Assembly (NCBI GenBank): GCA_900128565.1
Contig: LT635926.1
Coordinates: 1-47,610, forward strand
Origin: Stramenopiles sp. TOSAG23-6
Taxonomy: Eukaryota
DNA length: 47,610 nt
Reading direction: 5' to 3'
Part shown: positions 42,615 through 47,610 of the stretch, piece after piece
How positions within the stretch are numbered: position 1 is the first letter of the stretch
Layout of the letters: every line of letters begins with the position of its first letter
Notes under the pieces: model-generated
Told to the model about the DNA's origin: nothing
What the model saw: the letters and a program-made list of their open reading frames with translations, nothing else
The model's database searches: none
Program-made: the position numbers and the translations under genes

Positions 42615-45600
42615 TCAGACTGTTTTAACATACATTACATATTTCGGTTGCATTATGCTGGCCACCCTACCAATTCGAAAATCTTTTTCACTGTCAGGAA
42701 TAGCGCAGTAGGGAATATCAGTCAATTTCGGATCGGAAATATCCCTGTTCAACTCAAAAAGCTCTCGTTGGAGACGTTCATGATAGTACTTTTTTGTGTT
42801 TTCCTCGACACAGTCCAATTTCAAAAACTTAGATACTATCAATGCTTTGATTGATGGAGAAGTATCTTCAGATGAATATGTCATTGCTGAATGAATACTA
42901 GTTGTAGAATAAATACCAAAGCCATGTATTGTGAGAAAATATTTCAAAAAAAATCGTTACGTACAAAATTTCGTATGAAAAAAAACTTAAAAAGTTGAAA
43001 TAGAAAACGTACATGCACACTTCGCTTCAATTTGGAAAGGTCAAAACCATGTTTCATAATAGAAAAAATATTTCGTGGTTTGGTACCATGAAACGTCCAA
43101 TCAAATTGAATCTCTGGAGTTTTTGGATTACTTTCAAATTGAGATTTTAATTCCAGATATTGATGCTCAAGACGTGGATTATTGCAATATACAACTTTAT
43201 CTAATTTATATTTCGCTAATGTACCAGATTGTTCGTTTGATCTCTTGAATATTTCTTCTGCAATTGTATAATTAGGGTCACCTTGATAGATAACTTTGCA
43301 AAATGAAAACGTTGGATGTATCTGAAATTCTACAAATATTCCATTATGGTCAGATGCACCACTTTCCAACATATCTAATACCCGATGTGAAACTAATGTT
43401 GCAGGGAATTCAGATGCATGGCATTGTTTAGCAGCGACCATGGTATCAGATTGTGAAGGTTGAAGTTTTTGAGATATCAATTCGAAGGACATAGATTCTT
43501 CAGAATTAGGTTTAAATTGAGATTCTTCTTCAAATTCAGGTTCAGGTTCAACTTGAGATTCTTCTCTAGATTCAGGTTCAGGTTCAACTTGAGATTCTTC
43601 TTTATATTCAGTTTTTCCTTCAAGTTCAATTCGAAAAAGAAAACGCTTCTTATAAAATACTCCATCTGGAGTACCACCATATGCAGAAGTTATTTCTGCA
43701 ATTTCTACAGGTGTGTACTGTGTTGGAAAAAATATGTTTTATATTTGAAATTCGTTAGCTTAGGCACAAAATTTTATACCAAAAAAAAAACAAGATTAAA
43801 ATTAATTATGAAAACGTACATTCTCATCAATGAGATATTTTTCTGGTAGAGAATTCCACTGTACTATATCACTCTCTGTCCAGTTTAATTTCTGTAAATA
43901 AGATACATTGTTTCCTCTGGAGTCACTATTCAAATCACCCAAGATAAAATCTGAATTTTGATAAACAGCAACTTTCAATAATTCTAATTTAGCTTTTTTT
44001 ACATCAATACCATTACTAAATATAATTGACTCGTCATTCGATCCACCACAGAGATGGACATTTGTTATGGTATATCTATCAAGTAAATTATCGGTTTTTC
44101 CATCAGTAATTTTTGGTTTGATTGTAATTGTGTTAATTGCTCTATGAGTTGGACAAGTTTCCTGATTTTTTACAACTTCTAATTGATGCCATCGTTCATT
44201 ATCTATCACCCATAAAGACTCATCTCGAATATATATTGACATACTCTCCGTATGCATATCAATATAAGATTTTCGGGAATATCCAAAAAGATGTAAATCA
44301 TCAAAAGACTCCTGAAGTACTACAACATCTGGAGTACTTTCAGCTAAATGTTTATTCAACATATCTTCAACATTTTCTCCACGATTATTATAAATATTGA
44401 AACTTGCAATTTTTAATGGTATAGATGTACTTCTTCTTCTTGACTTATCTAGATGCATAACAATCTCTTTTTGTTTTTCTACTCTCAAAGTAGAATAAGT
44501 CGTTATTTTAGAACCCAATTCAGGTTCATATTCAATTGTAACCCTAGGAACAGTTTGAGCTTTGTCCATTAAGTCAGTATCTTGTAAAAGCATTTGAATA
44601 GCATCTGTGCTATCTTTGCTTTCTTTTCCAGGATTCGTACGCAGTATATCTATAAATGGTACTCCTAAATGAAGAATTGCTGCTCGGAGAAAAGTTTCGT
44701 CATTCCATAATTCAGGATTATTTTTCATAATTGGATTCAAAGTCTCAACAGATCGAATGACAATGTTATGGCTTAGAAAACATTTCAAAACGAAGTCTCG
44801 ATTATTTAAGAATTTTTTTGCAGCTTTTCCAAATGTTTCTTTGGCATCTTCATGTAAATAAATTTCAGACCAAATTTTAGGAAATTCATTAATATTTTGT
44901 AAAACAAATGCAACATTTGAATATAAATCAAAAGGTACAAATTCAAACATTGACCAATCTTGTTGAATAGCATATAATGCGATTTCTTTCTCATTCCTCA
45001 AATCAGGAGATACGTAATAAAAATTATCCGAATTCTGTTGAATAGCACATAATGCAATTTCTTTATCATTCTTCATATTTTCTGGGATGTATTGTAATGC
45101 TTCGCCATTTTTACAAACAACAGAAAAAATAAAATCACGATCTTCAAGTAAAGCTGAAGAAAACACATAGTTCAATACATGACGTATCTTAAAAAATATG
45201 TCAAATTCGAAAATCGTTAGGTACATTTTTTTTAACGTAAAAAAAGATATTGAAATACATTATGAAAACGCACAGGAAATTTTTCACTTGCATTTAAAAT
45301 AAAGTTACGATTAGCAAGTAACTCTTTTGTCGCATGTTCCATGATAAAACCGAAGAGAAATTGAGCATTGGGAATTTTTAATACGTCAAGTATAAATGCA
45401 GAATCGCCACGCAAAGTCACCGAGGCATTTTGAAATAGGTTTATTTCATGACGCAAAATCTTCAGCATAAAATTGGCATCGCTACGTAACTCTGAAGAAC
45501 CAAATTTTATAAAGACTACCAACTTTAGAGAATCTGTAGAGTCAAGTATTTTTCTTTCTTTTTTGAGTTGAAAAATATCCCTCAAAAGAATATCCTTTAT

Positions 45601-46056
45601 CCTCTGAGATGCAAATTGAAACTGATATTTATCTTGAGAAATGAATGACAAAGCAACCTCCATGTCATCCTTCCAAATATAAGATAGGCAACTAAAATGA
45701 AAATCACAGTAATCTTTTTGGTTTAATAACAAGTTTTTCACGCTACTCAAAAAGTCACGATTTTCACGTAAAATAGGAAACTCGGATAGATAGATATCAA
45801 AAATACCAACAGTTTTGCAAATATCAACAGCTGCAGCAGCAATGACACAATCAAGATTGGCACGTATCCATTCATTTTGAAATTGCTGTAGAAATGGTAA
45901 GTTCAAAGTTCGTGTTTCGATTCCTCTCAGGAATTCTTCCGGAGACATTTCGACTACAGATTTTTCTTCACTAGTCTTTGGTGTAACACGCAACGAACTC
46001 TCAGCATCGATTATAACAAAAGCTAATGTAAGAAGTATAACATTTTTTATCGCCAT
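42615..46056 (-). CDS. Signal peptide + DUF4116-like repeats + EEP (DNase I-like) domain + PARP-like ADP-ribosyltransferase domain; exons 46056-45274, ~45181-43820, 43717-43013, 42923-42615 (~1050 aa)
   Basis: Leader MAIKNVILLTLAFVIIDA; LQY.P..MKNDKEIAL.AI repeats; EEP motifs ASFNI, DVVVLQE, NVHL, LGDLN, PD.VFY, SDH; ART motifs NPRL, FHGT, GF, H|GFGIYS, PKY; three family introns join four segments in frame. Confidence 0.8.
42924..43012 (-). other. Non-canonical family intron (GT...AT), 89 nt, phase 0
   Basis: GTGCAT|GTACGTTTT...TACGAAATTTTGTACGTAACG...CTCACAATACAT|GGC; restores the PARP-type RSVH|GFGIYS; next AG is out of frame and would delete GxGIY. Confidence 0.88.
43718..43819 (-). other. 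Family intron with canonical GT...AG ends, 102 nt, phase 0
   Basis: GAGAAT|GTACGTTTTCAT...AAATTTTGTGCCTAAGCTAACG...ATATTTTTTCCAACACAG|TAC; in frame through to the MSFEL ORF. Confidence 0.8.
45182..45273 (-). other. Family intron, phase 0; 3' end ambiguous (AAG at 45188, CGT at 45182 or CAT at 45179)
   Basis: CCT|GTGCGTTTTCAT...TGTACCTAACG...ATATTTTTTAAGATACGTCAT; all three acceptors are in frame. Confidence 0.75.
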
Positions 46057-46408
46057 TGAAAGTTTTCTAGAGTATCAAGGAAAAAATAAAGTTCGTAGAA
46101 GGATTGTTTTCGAAAAGAATTGTGTGTTTTCTATAGGCTGTAGTAGGTATAGATATATAACACAAAAATCATTCCACGCTGACTCGTTTTGCACTCGTTT
46201 TTAAAATCTCAAAAATTTAGTTTTTCGGTCAAAACCGAAAACGAAAATGCCAAGGAGAAGAAAAATCTTCCACTACGAAAAAAAGCTAACTTTAGTTTTA
46301 AAAAAAGGTCTGCATTTCTAAAGAGATCTGGAAATAAAGATATATTTTGTTATAGTAGGAGAGTTGTCCTTGGTGTAGCAATTTTATTGATAGGATCTGA
46401 ATTTAACA

Positions 46409-47503
46409 ATGGTGGATATAAAAGGATTTTTCATGAATTTTTTGTCAAAGTCGCAACCTGTGGATCAATTCCAGGAGCACTGGAAAAGCGTTCAAAATAG
46501 TCATAATATTTTAGTAAGACAATCTAAAACGTACAATGATGTCAAAGCTTTAAAAGCGTCTAAAATTCCGGATAAGTTGCGTCACATGTTAAAATTATTA
46601 CTTGAAGAACAAAATGAGTTCCTTGAGTTTGATGGTGGAGGTGTAAGTGACGTTCCTGCTGCTGGTCCTTGCCTTGAGTTCCTTCTTAATAGTCGGTTAG
46701 TTGAGTCATTATGCATGATGGGCTTAGCAGATACTCCTCATGGTATGATGTCGATTGTTCTCCAAACAGTCTATGTCCTCGTAAAACACGTGAAAAGTTC
46801 CTTATTACCTCATATGTTTGTACATGCCCCAGTATGTCAACTGATTTTTGTTACCTCTGAATTAGTGAAAGATTTACGTTCAAAGGCGGCAACTGAACAT
46901 ACAGTGAACCAAAAAAAAGTTCAGTTGGCACTCGTTGCACTTATAAATGCTATATGGTGGAGAATTAAAGAGGATACATCACAGCTTAGTTTTTTTATTC
47001 ATGAAAATAATACGAGAAAATATCCAGATATTGTCATTTTTACTGCACTTTTACCTTATATTCATGTAGGTTCCTACGTACTATATTTTATTATTATTTT
47101 TTTTCCTTTTTTTATAGATAATTTCGTACCTAACATTTTTTTTAGTAAAAATATGTTTCACAGTATTTGTACGTGGACGTATTGGTGAGTATGCTCGAAA
47201 TGCTATTTTAACTGTAATGCAGTTAAATAATCTCTCCAAAATATCGAAAATGATAGTTCATGTATGTTTTTTAACCCTAACCCTAACCATATATGATGAT
47301 CATGAATTTCAATTTTTTTTTTTTTCATAGTACATTAAATTTTCATACCTAACAAAAAAAAATAAAATTTGACATACTTTCACAAAATACATGCAACTAG
47401 TTTTTGTCATCGAATTGTCGAAGGCTTAGTAAGATCGTATAAAGTGTTACCGATGACTTTTGAAGCTGCAAAAACTGCATCAAATTCGACAACGATGTTA
47501 CAT
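46409..47503 (+). CDS. FHIP/FAM160 (RAI16-like) protein, runs off the window; exons 46409-47065, 47169-47261, 47393-47503
   Basis: F..HW..V, L..EE, GPCLEFLL...L...LC..G..D.P.GM, LLPH..VH.PV..L; spliced LLPYIH|VRGRIGEYARNAIL and IVH|ATSFC...GL...Y..LP. Confidence 0.85.
47066..47168 (+). other. Family intron, 103 nt, apparent GT...TT ends
   Basis: ATTCAT|GTAGG...TTCGTACCTAAC...ATATGTTTCACAGTATTT|GTACGT; with this donor the internal CAG is out of frame and leads to a stop. Confidence 0.7.
47262..47392 (+). other. Non-canonical family intron (GT...AT), 131 nt, phase 0; carries TAACCC repeats
   Basis: GTTCAT|GTATGTTTTTTAACCCTAACCCTAACC...CATACCTAAC...CACAAAATACAT|GCA; next AG is out of frame. 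Confidence 0.85.
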
Positions 47504-47610
47504 GTACATTTTCATCATGAATTTCGAATTTATATTTTTTTTTTTTGAAAATTTTGTACCTAACAAAAAAAAAACATTTTTTTTTTTTTAGTTTTTTTTC
47601 GTTACATTTT
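47504..47610 (+). other. Family intron at the window edge (possible end TTACAT at 47607)
   Basis: TTACAT|GTACATTTTCATCATGAA...AAATTTTGTACCTAAC; downstream exon not visible. Confidence 0.65.

Noticed and set aside
43477-43849. Low-complexity ORFs (LNLNL on the minus strand, FRFRF on the plus strand)
   Set aside because: Alternative frames of the 36-bp EESQVEPEPE coding repeat in the EEP-ART gene
3965-47610. Family introns as standard U12-type AT-AC introns
   Set aside because: They lack the ATATCCTT donor and TCCTTAAC branch; the AT is absent in 4 copies and the AC in several. The register itself remains formally open.
1-47610. rRNA, tRNA, transposase or integrase genes
   Set aside because: None recognised by eye; small ncRNAs cannot be excluded without covariance-model searches

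Overview
AT-rich, gene-dense eukaryotic DNA from a flagellated protist. A stramenopile-like source is only a guess, and scattered Ns suggest a draft or MAG/SAG assembly. About 21 protein genes are supportable: TPGS1-like, GDAP2, SPX-MFS transporter, a PhyH-dioxygenase/QTGAL-like fusion, an HMG-CoA synthase/ketosynthase fusion, PIGZ, a SET protein, an EF-hand protein, a giant ankyrin/TRAF-zinc-finger protein, TRAPPC5, CDT1, TRMT2-like, MYND, MPP-alpha/Core II, a TPT transporter, a PA-domain protein, CFAP97-like, DUF4116 proteins, a clan-CD peptidase-like protein and FHIP/FAM160. The main discovery is a family of 18 related ~57-281 nt insertions. Their consensus is (AT)|GTAYGTTTT...TTTCGTACGAAATTTTGTACCTAAC...AAATATTTTTTCACAATACAT|. 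All lie inside genes and in sense orientation. Removing them restores reading frames and conserved protein motifs, yet most end in AT rather than AG. They look like an introner-like family of non-canonical GT-AT introns (AT-AC is the alternative register) with an AT target duplication, short terminal inverted repeats and an unusual TACCTAAC branch box. They coexist with an ordinary GT-AG intron. All gene names come from motif recognition, not database searches.
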